Source: Camelus dromedarius (taxonomy: Eukaryota). From it: a DNA stretch of 64,000 nt. The stretch covers positions 120,840,001 through 120,904,000 of the forward strand of contig NC_087437.1 in assembly GCF_036321535.1 (NCBI RefSeq). The letters are read 5' to 3'. Position 1 is the stretch's first letter. Every line of letters begins with the position of its first letter. A model generated the notes under the pieces. That model saw nothing but the letters and a program-made list of their open reading frames with translations, was not told the origin of the DNA and did not search any database. Made by a program: the position numbers and the translations under genes. Of this stretch, positions 11,861-24,177 are shown one piece after another.

Positions 11861-14799
11861 AGCCACCTTTTTTTTTTTGAAGAGCAGTGTAGAGGCTGAT
11901 GGTGACACTGCGGACCCCCGCGGGTCAGGCAGTGCCCCTCTGGCGCGGGACGGCTCGTTCTGGGTGGGCCCGTGAGGCTGCCGTCTGGGACCCTTCTTGA
12001 CAGCCCGCGGGCCCCCCGCCCACAGCTGGCCCTGGCACAGCCCAGGAGGTGTGGCCGCGAAAGCTTCGGCTTTCCCCAGGCCCCATGGGTTTCCAGGGGA
12101 CGCACAGATGGTGATTGCGTTTCATTGAGTTACCCTTTTAGCCATTTTTAAACACGGTTCGGTGGTGACGAGGACAGTCCATTGCCCTGCAGCCACCAGC
12201 AGGGTCAGTTCCAGGACTCCTCATTGCCCCAGACACTGCCACACCGCCCAGCAGCTGCCTGCCTGCCCAGAGGACTTTTTGACTCTGGGCAGACATGGGT
12301 TTTGGATCCTGGAAACCCCTCCGAAGCTGGTGCACAGAGCAAAAACCAAGAGAGAGGCCGCCTGGCCGGCTGTCGGGTCCCAGCTCTGCGCTGACCGCTG
12401 CGGGGCCTCGGCCAGCGCCCGGAGCACGTCCGGCCTCTCCCCACCCGTCCGTGAGCCCGGCAGCGGCGCCTGGCACTTAGGAGGGTGGTGACGCCTGGCG
12501 GCGGGGGCACTGCCTGACGGCCACGCGCTCCCTAGAGCCGGCCAGGGCTGGTCATGACCCACGGTGCCTGCAGGGGGTCCCCACGTCGGAGCTGGAGCTC
12601 CCACTGGCTGTAAAGACTGGCCCTGCAGAAGCCACCTGAGACGGGGTCCAGTGACGTAAGGAGGAGGGGCGCCAAGCATGGCAGGTTTGAGGTGTTCGCT
12701 GGATCCCGGGCTCTGGAGGCTGACTTAGCCTCAGGATTCCTCACCCCTACCCTGTCCACCAGTCTGGGACACAGGTTCCCAGATGCCTCTTTGCCCAGAC
12801 GGGAGCCACAGTGCTGGCTCCTGGAGCATCCTCGGGATGGGTGGGTTGGGGTGTGGCACAGAAAGACGGAGGAGCTGGGAGGGCATCTGTGAGAGCGTCA
12901 CCCCCCAGCAGCCCTGGGCCCACATGTCCCCGGCTGGGACCTCCTGGTCCCCTCACCTGCCCCACGGCTCCTGCAGGGCCGGGCCGGCACTCGGGTCTGG
13001 GGCCCAGGCAGGTGACAGCCAGTGTCACAGTCGTGGCTCTCTGGCCGAGGAAGCTGGTTTCTGGAGCCCTGTCGGGGGTGTTGTGGGGGATTTCCAGCCA
13101 GGCACCAGCGTTCGTGAAGGTGCTAGATGGCTCTGGAAGGTTGGTCCTCTGTCAAGTGGGTCGCCTCGGAGCTCAGAGAGGGAGACACTGCCCCAGTATC
13201 TCGGGTCCCTGGCTGTGCCTTGTGGGGACCCAGCCACACCAGGCTCCCCGAGGGAGGGCAGAGGGCAAGGCCTCCCCAGCCCGGCCCCACATACCGCAGG
13301 CAGGTGCCCGTCTGTGACGGGTCATTTTGTGTGTCAGCTGTGCCCTGGGGCACCCAGATTAAACAGGGTTTCTGGGGGTGTCTGAGGCTGTGTCCTCACA
13401 GCATCTGAGTCAGAGGGGTTTCTGCCCTCTTCCTCAGCAACCCCAGCAAACAGATGGCAGGACCATGTGGAGCCCTCGGCCCAGACTTGGAGCGACCCCC
13501 TCGCTGGCCAGTTCCCAGGACATCAGGGCTCGGCCCCACGCCCCGCTGGGTGGGGCTGCCCGGCCCCCGCGGGCCTCCCCAGAGGCTGAGCTGGGTGAGG
13601 AAGGACTTCAGGCTGTGAGGTGGGCAGTGGGGAGCATTGCCCTCGCCGAGGAGGGCACCCACCCAGAACAGCAGTGCTGGCCGTGCTGCCCTGATGGACA
13701 TGGAGACGGTCCTCCCCCGGGAAAAGGTCCCAACAGGGAAGAGCCCAGGGGTGACGGCTGCACAGGGAGTCGAGGGCAGCAGGCCCGGGGCTCCTTCGAC
13801 AGCCGAGCTGCCCACACTTCCTGGGTCCAAGCCCGCCACTGTGGGAGGGGCACGGCCAAGCTCCCGGAGGTTGAGGACGAGCGCGGCACGGCCACCTGAA
13901 GTGGCCACACGCCGTGCGGACGCGTCTCAGGGCACGCAGGCTGTGTGGCCCTGGCCCTCCCAGCCTTTCCCACGTTCCTGCCGGGACTTCGGGCTCGTGA
14001 CCCTCGGGCGCCCCTTGGTGCTTTCTCAAGGGGCATTTGCGTAAAGTTCCCACCCAACCCCGTTACTGACAGCAGGGTTGTCTGCAGTTTTCCTGATTGA
14101 AATCACGTTAGGAAGAACATGTTGGCCCTGAAGACCTTTCCCTCAGGGCATTTTCTCAGAAAGGGGGTTGCAGGATCGCAGGGTGGAAGGCTTCCCACGG
14201 TGGAAGCCACTCTTCTGTGGGTGACTCCAGCGTGATGGGCCAGGACCCGGCCTGCTGGTGCCCTGCGGGGCTGGGCGTCTTCAGACTGGGCAAGAGGGTC
14301 CCAGGGCCTTGCCTGGGGCTTCTGCAGAGATGCCTGCCTCCCGGGCAGCCCCACACCAGGCTGCTCTGCCGTGGCCGTGGCCGGAGTCCCTGAGGCACGC
14401 TTCCCGTCCACTCCCCCGGCCGGGGTGGGTCACACACTGGGGTCGGCTGCCTCTTAGGCGGAGGCCCCCCTTTCACTGAAATAGCCCGAAAGGAGTCAGG
14501 TCGGAACATTCTCGGGCCGCGGGCTGGTAAGTGGAAGTGGTGCCTCCGGGACGGTGCCGGTCAGGGCCCGCCCACCTGCCTTGGGGAGCTCCGTGCTGGA
14601 AGCTGAACTAAAGGTGTCGGTGTCTTCAGCAGCCGACTGCCCTCCCCCTCGTCGGTGACGCTGCCGGGTGCTGCCTGTTACCCCGCACCCCGCAAAGGTC
14701 TGCAGAGCACGGGCCATGAGGGAGCAGCTGACACCGCCGTGCAGGGCACAGCCAGACATGGCTGCTTCTCTGTGGGAGGAGACATTCGTCCCAGACCCT

Positions 14800-15188
14800 G
14801 CAGAGGGTGGAATTTTCACCCCCTCCCAAAGATACACCCACCTGGACCCACAGAATGTAGCTTTTTTTGGAAGTAGGGTCTTGGCAAAGGTGATTAAAGA
14901 TCTTGGGATGTGATCATCCTGGATTACTGGGGTCAGCCCTAAGCCCAGTGGCAGTTGTCCCTGTAAGAAACGCACGGGGAGAGGAGGAGGGCACGCGCTG
15001 TCGCAGGCGGAGAGTGGGGTGACGTGGCCACAAGCCAAGGAGGCTGGGCCACCAGGAGCTGGGGGAGGGGCGGGCTCTCCCTGGGTCTCCAGAAGGAGCC
15101 AGCCCTGCTGGCTTCTGGTCTCCTGAATGTGGGAGGGTGAGTGATTGCCGTCTTAAGCCGTCCTGGCAGCTCCGGGGAACGGATGCCA
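14800..15188 (+). mobile_element. MaLR (MLT1C/D-like) LTR
   Basis: ttggaagtagggtcttggcaaaggtgattaaag...atcctggatt...gccacaagccaagga...cttctggtctcctgaa...ttaagcc. Confidence 0.75.
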
Positions 15189-17669
15189 CAGCAGGTACAG
15201 ACCCAAACTCCCAGGGCGTGGGCTGGCCTCTCTTCAGATTGCAAGTGGCCGCTCACACATGTTAATTCCCCAGTTCTTACAAAGCAGCGCGTCCCAGGGG
15301 CTGCTCATCACAGAATCCCTGGAATCTTCCTGAAAAGCAGGCTGATTCAGTGTCTGGGTGGCTGAGACTGCATTTCCCACTGGTTCCGGGGGTCTCCATG
15401 CAGATGGGCTCTGGACTAGGAGTGGCCGGGAACGAACCCAGCTGTCCCCACCTCCGACTCATCTGGAAGCTTTCCAAAGTGACCCTTTGGGGACACACCT
15501 GCACTGCCCTGGTTGGATTGTCCGGGGTGTGGCCTGGGCAGTGGATGTCAACAGCTCCCTGGAGTCACCTCCGCACAGCCAGGCTGGGCTCAGTCCTGAC
15601 ACTGAGGATGGCGGGTGCCCAGCTGCACCTGCAGAGCAGTGTCCCCAGGGGAGCAGTGAGCAGTCATCAGAGGGAGGGGCCTCTCCCAGGGTCTTCTAGA
15701 ACCAGCCAAAGGAGCTTGACCCCCAGCTGGAGCACAGCCGAGGCCACAGGAGGGCAAGGGCCTGACCCCAAAGCCGAGGGATGCGGGTCAGACGAAGGAG
15801 GTGGGCGCCATGGGCGGCCCCCTGGTCGGGTTTCCTCTCCCGGGGCCCACGGGGCCCACAGGCTGTGCACGGAGTTCACGGGTCTGCGGGGTCCTGGGCC
15901 AGGTGAGGCCTGAGGAGGGCTGGGGGCACCACATGGGGACCTGTCCCTGTCAGTGCAGTTTGCAGTGTGATCACTGCTGAGTGCGGGGACAGGCAGACTC
16001 TTGCCTTGCCTGCGGCCACCCGGGGTGGGATCCCCTCCTGGACGGCTCCTCTGGCTGACGTCAGTGCAAGATCTCCCGTCTGCCCCAGCTGCTGCACTTG
16101 GACAGCAGGAATGTCCTCTGTTGCGAAACAAGACTTTCATCTCCGCCCAAACCCACGCAGGGAGCGGTGCAGCCTCCCTGACCCGATGCCCGAGCCTCTG
16201 ACGCACCCATCACGGAGGGGCACCCACTGTGCCGAGAGGCCTCGCCAACCCCCCACCCCCGCACACCCCTCTCCCTGGTGCTCAGAGCCGGTGGCTGCAC
16301 CGTCCTGACTCCAGCACGGGGTGGCAGCAGCCTTGGTCTCTCCACGTCCTCACAGCGATGGGGAGGAAAACCCAGAGGCAGATGCAGAGGAAATGCCTCC
16401 GTCCTGAAGGATTTCAGACCCCAGGGGTCACATCAATGCCATCTGTGTGGAGTGACCGAGGACAGCCTGTCCTCAGAGCCATGCAGTGACTCACTAGGAA
16501 GCTGACAACCAGACCATTGTGCCACGCAGGCTGGCGACCACCCTTCCCGGGACGCCTGCCCTCCCTGCAGTGGGATCCTGGGCTGGGGCCACCTGGCTCA
16601 GAGTGGGGCCCCCACAAGCCTGGGGAGGGTGAGGGGATGTTTCAGACCCCAGGTCCTAGGTCCAGCACCGTGTTGGCCACTTCCAACAGCTGCTGTCCCT
16701 GCGCCCACTGCCCTGGGCCCTGTGCATCTGGTCACCCTGCACAGCACTGTGTGCCCCTCAGGCTCCCGGCCCTTTGTCACCAGCCAGCACCAGCCTGGCT
16801 CCACTCCACCTGCAGGAGTGACGGGCTGCCAGTCACCTCCAGAGAGAAGTCATCCCTCCAGAAAGTGGGGTGACAGAGCCACGGGGCAAGCAGGCGGGGG
16901 ATCCTCAGTGAGCTGTCCCACGGACCCCCTTCTCCCCAACCTCAGCAGGGGCGCCCTGCTAGGGCCCACTTCTGGGAGGAGCCAGATGGGCCCAGGCCCA
17001 CCTGCGCCAGGGGAACAGCCGGGTGGGAGGCCCAGCCGCAGGCCACCGCTGGGCAGGGATGCCGATCAGAGTGTCTGCCCCCTTGACCACACCCCCTTGC
17101 CAGGTGCCCAGGGGTGGCTGCAGATGCGACCATGTCCTGGTCCTACGACTGCCATCTGCCCAGCCCCACAGGCCCCTCCAGGTTTGGGACGAGCTAAGTA
17201 ATAGAGCTAAGGATGGACAGCCAGGGCCGCAGGTCACGGGGTGGACGAGGAGGCTGCTGCCCCTGGACAGAAGTGGAGAGAAAGCCCCGGAACTTCTGGA
17301 CCGCAGGTGGCTGGCCCTGCGCGTCGCAGGCCACAAGTCAGCCTCGCTCAGAGCCGGCCTCAGAGGCCGCGGTCCCAGGCAATATTGAGGAAGTGCTGGG
17401 GGCCGGTGGGTGGTGGGGCCCAACTTTCAGGATGACGGAGCAGGCAGCTTTCAGACTCAGAGGACAGAGCGGAAGCGCCCACGCCACCCCCGTGGTGGCC
17501 CGGCCGGACCCTGTTCCCCTTTCACCCGAGCTTCCCCCCTTCACAGGCGGGACACGTGGCCTTGGGGACAGGAATGGTGCGGCTGAGACCTCTCTCCAGA
17601 AAGGACCCTGGTGTCCGAGACAGACATCAGTTTGAAGTTTTCTTCAGTGCTTTGTGAACGCTTTGTTTT

Positions 17670-18390
17670 GAACCAGTATTTCCTTTTTAAAAGTCGTGGT
17701 TAAGTATGCATAATGTAGAAGTTACCGTCTTGCTCATTTTTAGGTGCACCGCTCAGTGCCATTAAGTGCATTCACACTGCTGTGCAACCATCGCCACCAT
17801 CCCTCTCCAGAGTTCCCATCTTCCAAACTGAAGCGCTGTCCCCTTAAATACTGACTGCTCCTCCCTCCCCCGCCCCCGGCCCCACCCCCTGCTTTCTGTC
17901 TCCGGGAGTCTGACTCCTCCAGGGACCTCACGCAAATGGATGGCACAGTATTTGTCCTTTTGTGTCTGGCTTATTTCACTGAGCATGCTGCCCTCAAGAT
18001 TCACCCATGCTGCAGCGTGTGACAGGGTCCCCCTCCTTTCAAAGGCTGAGCGATGTCCCGCTGTGTGGATGGACCGCTTTGTCCACCCACGGCTGCTCGG
18101 ACCGCTCCCACCCCGGGCCGCCGCGAGTAACCCCGCTGTGCACGTGGGTGTGCAGACCGCTGTGTGAGGCCCTGCTTTCACTCCTCTGGGGTCTGTACCT
18201 GGGAAGTGGAACTGCTGGCTCATATGGCAGTCCTATTTTTAATGTTCTGAGGAAACTCCATACTGTTTTCCACTGTAGCTGCACCATTTCACGTCTTCAC
18301 CAGCAGTTCCAGTTTTCCCACATCCTCACCGCCGCTGTGTTTCCGTTTCTGCTTAGTTCTTACGTCGCTGCCATCGTCATGGGGGTGTTT
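17670..18390 (-). mobile_element. L1MB-like LINE-1 3' end
   Basis: gcattcacactgctgtgcaaccatc..., acagtatttgtccttttgtgtctggcttatttcactgagcat..., gaggaaactccatactgttttccac. ORF 17762..18223(−) contains the L1 ORF2 tail-like WVNLEGSMLSEISQTQKDKYC. Confidence 0.85.
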
Positions 18391-20499
18391 TGTGGAAACT
18401 GCGCGGTATCGAGGAAGTCTGAAGACTCGGAGGGCACATGCCTACATCCTCTCGCCCAGGAGAACGATACTGACAGCTGTATTACAAGCAGGCTGCGGAC
18501 GGGGGGACGCTAGATCGATCCGTCACACGCTTCTGGGATGAGGAGATTGTCACCACGACGACCTTGCCGCCTCAGCGCATCCATCCCCTCAGCCACCCGC
18601 CAGAGTGCGCGCTGGGGTCACAGCCAGCCCCTAGGCCACACTCTCTTCTTGACAACACTTCCTTGGCTGTGGACCGTGTCCCACGCTCTGCACCTGTCTC
18701 ACTGACTCCCCATGGTCTCCAGCTCTCCAGCTGTCCCCTTCCTGGTGTCCTGTGACCTGGAGGTTGGGTCTAGAGGGGCTGTTAAGGTTAAGGACGGCCC
18801 CTTAACCTTAACTTCACCCCTAGGAGGCACATTTGTGGCTGTCAAGCCGGAGGGGGTGCCGTTCCACGGCCTGCACTGTGCAGGGCGGCCCGCACTGCGC
18901 ACAGGTGTCCCGCCCCAAGTACCAGCTGCGCTGAGGAGGAGGCCTGGGTCTGGAGGTTGCCGAGCTCTGGGGCCAACGCCTCTGGGCAGGTCATTCCAAC
19001 CAAGAGCCCCAAGTGCTCACGCACCGGCAGGAGGGCGGGACACCGCCCCCCACTTCGACCTCCTGGGCAAGGGGCACCTGTGATCGGTCCTGGTGCAGGC
19101 GCGTTTCCCCGGCAAATCCTAAGTCACGTGGGGCGCCCTGCTCCGGCCCCGCTGGATTCCTGGTCCCAGGACCCCCTCACCTGGTGGCTTCCGCGGCCTC
19201 CCGTCCCAGGAGCGGCCGGCGGTCGCACCCGGGCTGCCTGTGGTGGCGCGCTGACCTCGCCGACAACTCTGCGTTTAGTGGCTGACGTTCCTCCGTAAAG
19301 AAAAGCCTCCCGGGTCCCCTTCCTCCCAGTCTCCTTTGCTTTTCCTTTGTTTAGATTCTGTCGTAGATTTTGAATCTCTCTGGGTCTGTGGATTTTTATT
19401 CATTGAAAGTGTGACTGTGATTAAGCTGTTCCTCTGCTTGATGCGCAGACTGTCCACAGGCAGCTGCTGGGCTGTCCTCCCGGCCGTCCCGGGGGGCTCG
19501 CACCTTCCTTCCAGCCTCACCTGTGCTCCCCTCTTGTGCTCAGGACCACCACCTTCCTGTTCCTTTCGGGAGGGAGTGGGATTTTGAAACCGGGGCCCAA
19601 GCAAGACTGAACTAGCCTAGAGCACAGAACACGGAGTGAGGAGGCCCGCAGCCGGGCAGGAGCACGTCGGCGTCGCCCGCGCAGTGTGCCGTCGGGAGGC
19701 CTTTTAACCGCGTCTCTTGTCTGCCTGTGTCACCTTTTCCTTGCACAGAAGCTCTCGGTTTCTAAGAACTTCACGCTATTACTCAGTTGCCTCACCTCAC
19801 AAAGCCTGGGCTTCGCAAATCTCAGCCTCGACGTCAGGCGCCCGGCAAGGCTCGGGTTTCCCTGCGGTTCCGCGCGCTCAGCGGCGGCCCCTCCCGGAAG
19901 CTTCTCGCTGTTCCTCTTCTCCGAGGGGGTCTGTCATCATCTGAAGAATATTTGAAATTCAGCCCTGTTTCCCCAAAATACTAAAAGTAGTGCTTTGCAC
20001 ACAGACAGCTTTCAAATCTTGGAAGTATTTTGAAGTTCCTTTAGTATTTTAGGATGCGGTACCTTGCCCAGCCCCCACCCCAGACTAGGGTGGGCTCGGC
20101 CAGGCCCACTGGCCCCACAGCGCCCCCTCCGTGGGCTGCCTCAGGCTCCCACGTGACTCTGGTGCACCTTCACCCGTGACCATGACCCTGACCCCACTGT
20201 CACCAGAGCGCATCCCTGTCTCGACATCTCCTCCGATCGGTGGGCTGTCCCAGGTGCTGCAGCCCGGCCCCCAGCCCGTGCTGACCCGCGTCCCGGTCCC
20301 CCAGCTGCATGCCCAGTGCCAGCGTCTGGGCAGCGCAGCCTTCTGCTTTCTGGTCAGCAGGAGCAGGCGGGTGCTGGGGATCTCTCCCCGCTCGCTGCAC
20401 ACTTCCCCTTGGGGCGCCCCCCTGCTGATTAGGCAGTCAGGCCCCACAGGACAGAGGTGGGGCTGGTGTGGGGCTGGCTTCTCTCTGAAGAAACTCCAT

Positions 20500-20580
20500 C
20501 CTACTCGCTGTGTGGCCTGGGGCAAGCTGTCCACCTCTCTGGGCCTCAACCTCCCCACCTGTGAAGCAGGGAGAATAAGG
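20500..20580. mobile_element. MIR SINE core fragment
   Basis: ctgtgtggcctggggcaagctgtccacctctctgggcctcaacctccccacctgtgaag resembles the MIR core. Confidence 0.65.
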
Positions 20581-22364
20581 AAGCAGCTTTTTGAGGCATT
20601 TCAGGGGAGTCAGGTGGGCGCTGCAGGCAGGGGACGTGGAAGCAGCCAGCTGGGGACCCTGGCATGGGAGGACGTGACCGGGCGGTGAGAAAGTGGACTC
20701 CATGGGACCAGACAGGATTTGCTCACGTCCAAATGTGCAGGGATCCACCACCACTGCCTGTGAGAGGACACCAGCCCTAGGCCAACGGTGTGCCCACCGG
20801 GAGGGGGACGGAGCTGAGGCACAGGCGAGAGGGAGCCAGGCAGGCGGCTGATGGGGCCGGGAGGGAGTCCGTGTCCAGGTGCGAGCACAGGAGGGCCAGG
20901 GGTCTATCCGGTGCCCCTGGGGCACCACGTGGGCTCAGAGCAGGGAAGGACACAGTGAAGTGGCGTCTAGAGAGTCACCTCGCTGCCCACGGAGGGGCCT
21001 GGGTGGGGTGGCCCAGCTGAGGTCAGCGGAGCCGAGGAGGCTGACCTGCGGAAGTCTGGGCTCTGGGGGAGATGGGGGCTGGGTCCTCGCCAAGGGACCC
21101 CTGAGATGACATCGGGGCGTTTGTAGACACGGATTTTGGAGTTTTCCCTGGAGAAGGGGCAGCAGGCTGCTGTGGGGGAGGGGCGCAGACCCTCAAGGCG
21201 CCAGGGCTGGGGGTCAGACAGGACCCCAACTGTTGGGGGGGGAGGGAGAGGATGTTGAGACTGGAGTGGCCCAGCGAGTGTCCATCATTGCATGGACTCT
21301 GGTTAGTGGGGTCCATGTGGGCCCTGCGGTGACCCTGTCTGAGGGGATCCTGGTCCCCAGGGCAGGGACAGAGCCAGGAAGGGCAGTGTCCAGCAGAGGA
21401 CCTGGCAGTGGGCAGCTCATGAGGACACGCTGACGACGGCCTTCCCTGGGTGACAGTGCGATCCTGGGCTTGTCTCCTGGTGGATGGTTCTTAAGAGGGA
21501 GGTCAGGGTCCCCCGCCCTCTCTTCAGGCCCAAGGCCTCCACCCAGTGACAAGAAGCCTGCAGGGGAAGTGAATGGAAGCCCTGAGCCCCAGCCACGCGG
21601 GAGCCACGTGCTCTCCGGAGTCTGCAGGCAGCCCAGGCCCAGGGACACCCCTCGTTTGCATTCGGGGCGTGATCCCCCCATTGTTGGCACGCTGTCGGGG
21701 TGTGACCCCCCCCACTGCATCCCTGAAGCCCCGCTCCATCTGCCGCTGGACTTGTCATCACAGGACAGCCGCTGTCCCCGTGCTCAACCTCTGACCTCGC
21801 ACGGCAGGACGTCTAGGACGAGAGCACCTTCTACTGTCACTGTCTCTGGGTGTGGCCCCTGTGGGCCCGTCCCCACCATCCCCCCGCAGGGCTCCCCCTG
21901 CTCCAGACCTCCTCCATCACATCCCCTGCTGAGCTTCCCCGGCTCTCACCGCCAGAGCCCTCCTTCCTCGCCGCCCAGCCCCCACGCACTTGAACCTCCT
22001 ACACCCACGGGTTGCGGAGGTGGGGGTCCTCATGCTCCAGACAGCATGCCCACCACACCCACCCCCCACCCCCGGCATCACGGTCCCTCCTCAGAGGGCG
22101 ACCAGCTCTTGGGCCCTCAGGTCTGTGGACCACGCCCACGTCTGACTGTGGCTGCGGGACTGAGGTCAGAGGTCGGAGGCCGGCACCAGGCGGGAGGGCG
22201 AGGCCCGTGGAGGCTGCATCCTTGGGCCCTCTGGTATCACAGGGGCCGGCAGCCCCACATCCCCGCAGCCCCAGGCTCTCAGAGGAGCTGAGCTCCGGAC
22301 CTCAGGAGTCCCTGCTGGGCTCCACCGGCCTGGCCTGGGGCTGACTTCTTGTTAATTGTGGTCT

Positions 22365-22428
22365 GGGACTTTCCTGGTCAGGCTCCTTGCCACGGAGACA
22401 CTCCAGGGGAAGCCCCAGTGAAAGTGGA
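22365..22428. promoter_or_regulatory. Pair of NF-kB motifs (candidate enhancer)
   Basis: GGGACTTTCC (22365-22374) and GGGGAAGCCCC (22406-22416), then GTGAAAGTGG. Motif match only. Confidence 0.4.
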
Positions 22429-23467
22429 GTCACCAGGTCAGCCGGCGGCAGGGGAGGGCGCAGGCCAAGCCAGCGTCCTGGGGGAGCCCCGCCGTGTCAG
22501 AGGAATGGCAGGCAGAGCCTGCTCTCCCGGCTCACGCTCGCAGAGGGCCCGTCTCACCAGGCTGCATCCGGACCCACCGTGCGTGACCCCTGGCCTCTGA
22601 GCTCAGCTGCTCTGCTCCTTCCAGGCACCTCTGCCCCAGGGCCTTTGCACTGGCTGCTCCTCTGCCTGGAGGGCTCCTTCCAAGCTATGCTCACCTCAGG
22701 CCCAGAGAGGGGCCTGGAGCAGAGTGGATGCCAATCTGGGCTTGGATATAGATCAGTGAACAGTAGCACAGACCTCCTTGGGGCTGAGGAGGGAGAGCAG
22801 ACCTCCAAGGGAAGGGATGTCAGGACCGTGGCACATGTGGGTGGTCCCAGGTCTTAATAGGCTAGAATTAGGGTCTGGGACCAGGTGGCCGGAGTGGGGA
22901 AGCTGAGGGGAGGAGACACCATGAGGTCAAGGTCACCAGCTGATAAAAGGGAGGAAGACCTCAGCACGCCTCCTGAGGACATGTCCACCTCCTCCAGGCC
23001 ACTGTACCCCAGCTAGGGTCCCACGGGGCCCCACTGTCTGGACTGCAGGACACCCCTCTGCTCTGGAATTTCACCTTCTTCTCACCCGACACACAAGGCT
23101 TCTGTGCTTGTGGTCCCGGGAAAGAGGCTCCGAATGGCCAGGGGCGGCCGCAACGCCGCTCCGCTCGGGCACAGATGAAGGCCTAGAAAGGTGTGACGCG
23201 AGGTGCTCGGGGAAAGCGTCTGGTGCCCCCAGTCCTGCGGCGGTGTGGGCACTGGCCTGGGGGAGTGGGCAGTCCCCTAGTCCTGGGGTGAGGCGGGAGC
23301 CGGCCTGGCTGGGGGCCCCTCACCTCCCCTGCGGGGGCAGCCTCATCCCACCCCGCCCCACCCGCAGAAGCAGGGCTCTGTGGCTGCAGGGCGGGCTGAT
23401 GACGGTCAGCAGGGCCGGGGACACGTGTCCGGCACGATGCTGCCTGTCAGACTTGGACTCGGGAGAA

Positions 23468-23636
23468 AGAAATCCCCTTTCCTCCTTGGGCTAAAATAAG
23501 CCTCTTGCAAATGTCGGGAGGGAGCGGGACTTTGCTGGGACTTTCCTGGGAAGCAGCCGGGGGACTTGCCCTGCTCACAGTCCTCCGTTCCTCCAGGCGG
23601 GAGCCGGCCCGGAGGCAGGCCGGGCTGCAGGAAGTG
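23468..23636. promoter_or_regulatory. Dense NF-kB/STAT6/ETS motif cluster (candidate enhancer)
   Basis: AGAAATCCCC 23468-23477, GGGACTTTGC 23526-23535, GGGACTTTCC 23537-23546, TTCCTGGGAA 23543-23552, GGGACTTGCC 23561-23570, CAGGAAGTG 23628-23636. Confidence 0.5.
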
Positions 23637-24177
23637 AGCTGTTCTTGCGGAGACGCTGCTGGCACTGCCAGGGCGGGGGCGGCCTTTCCTGCCAAGTGTG
23701 TGCCCTGGCACCCCGCAGGAGCCAAGCTGGTGTCCCTGCAGGCCTGGAAGGTGGCTGTCACCTGAGTGAAGTGCTCAAAACCCCAACAGCAGCCTGAGCT
23801 TGCCTGCTCCTGGCCGTGCGGGCAGGCTGGCCCCTCCGCATGGCTGGGGTCAGCCTCCTCCAGTAGAACCTGCAGCCTCTGGTCACTGTGAGGGGGGTGG
23901 TTCAGGTGGACAGCAGGTCCACTGTGCTCCGTCCACCCGGGCCCCTGCTCCAGGGCCCCCAGCACTTTCCTGCTGTGGGTGGGCCTGCCACTGCCCCCAA
24001 CCCCCAGCAGCAGGGCGCCCACGCGTGCCTGTCGCCCTGGCACCCGGGAGGGTGGAGGGCAGGTGAGCCGACAGGCTGGGTGCACGGGCCCGAGGGAGAG
24101 CCGGTCTTGCGTCCTGGGCCAAGGGCAGCTGGCCCACAGCGCCGCACCAGCCTCAAGTCTCAGGTGAGGAGGGTGTC

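Noticed and set aside
18781..18812. Interstitial telomeric repeat or fusion site
   Set aside because: Only two variant TTAAGG units per arm; too short to support that reading.
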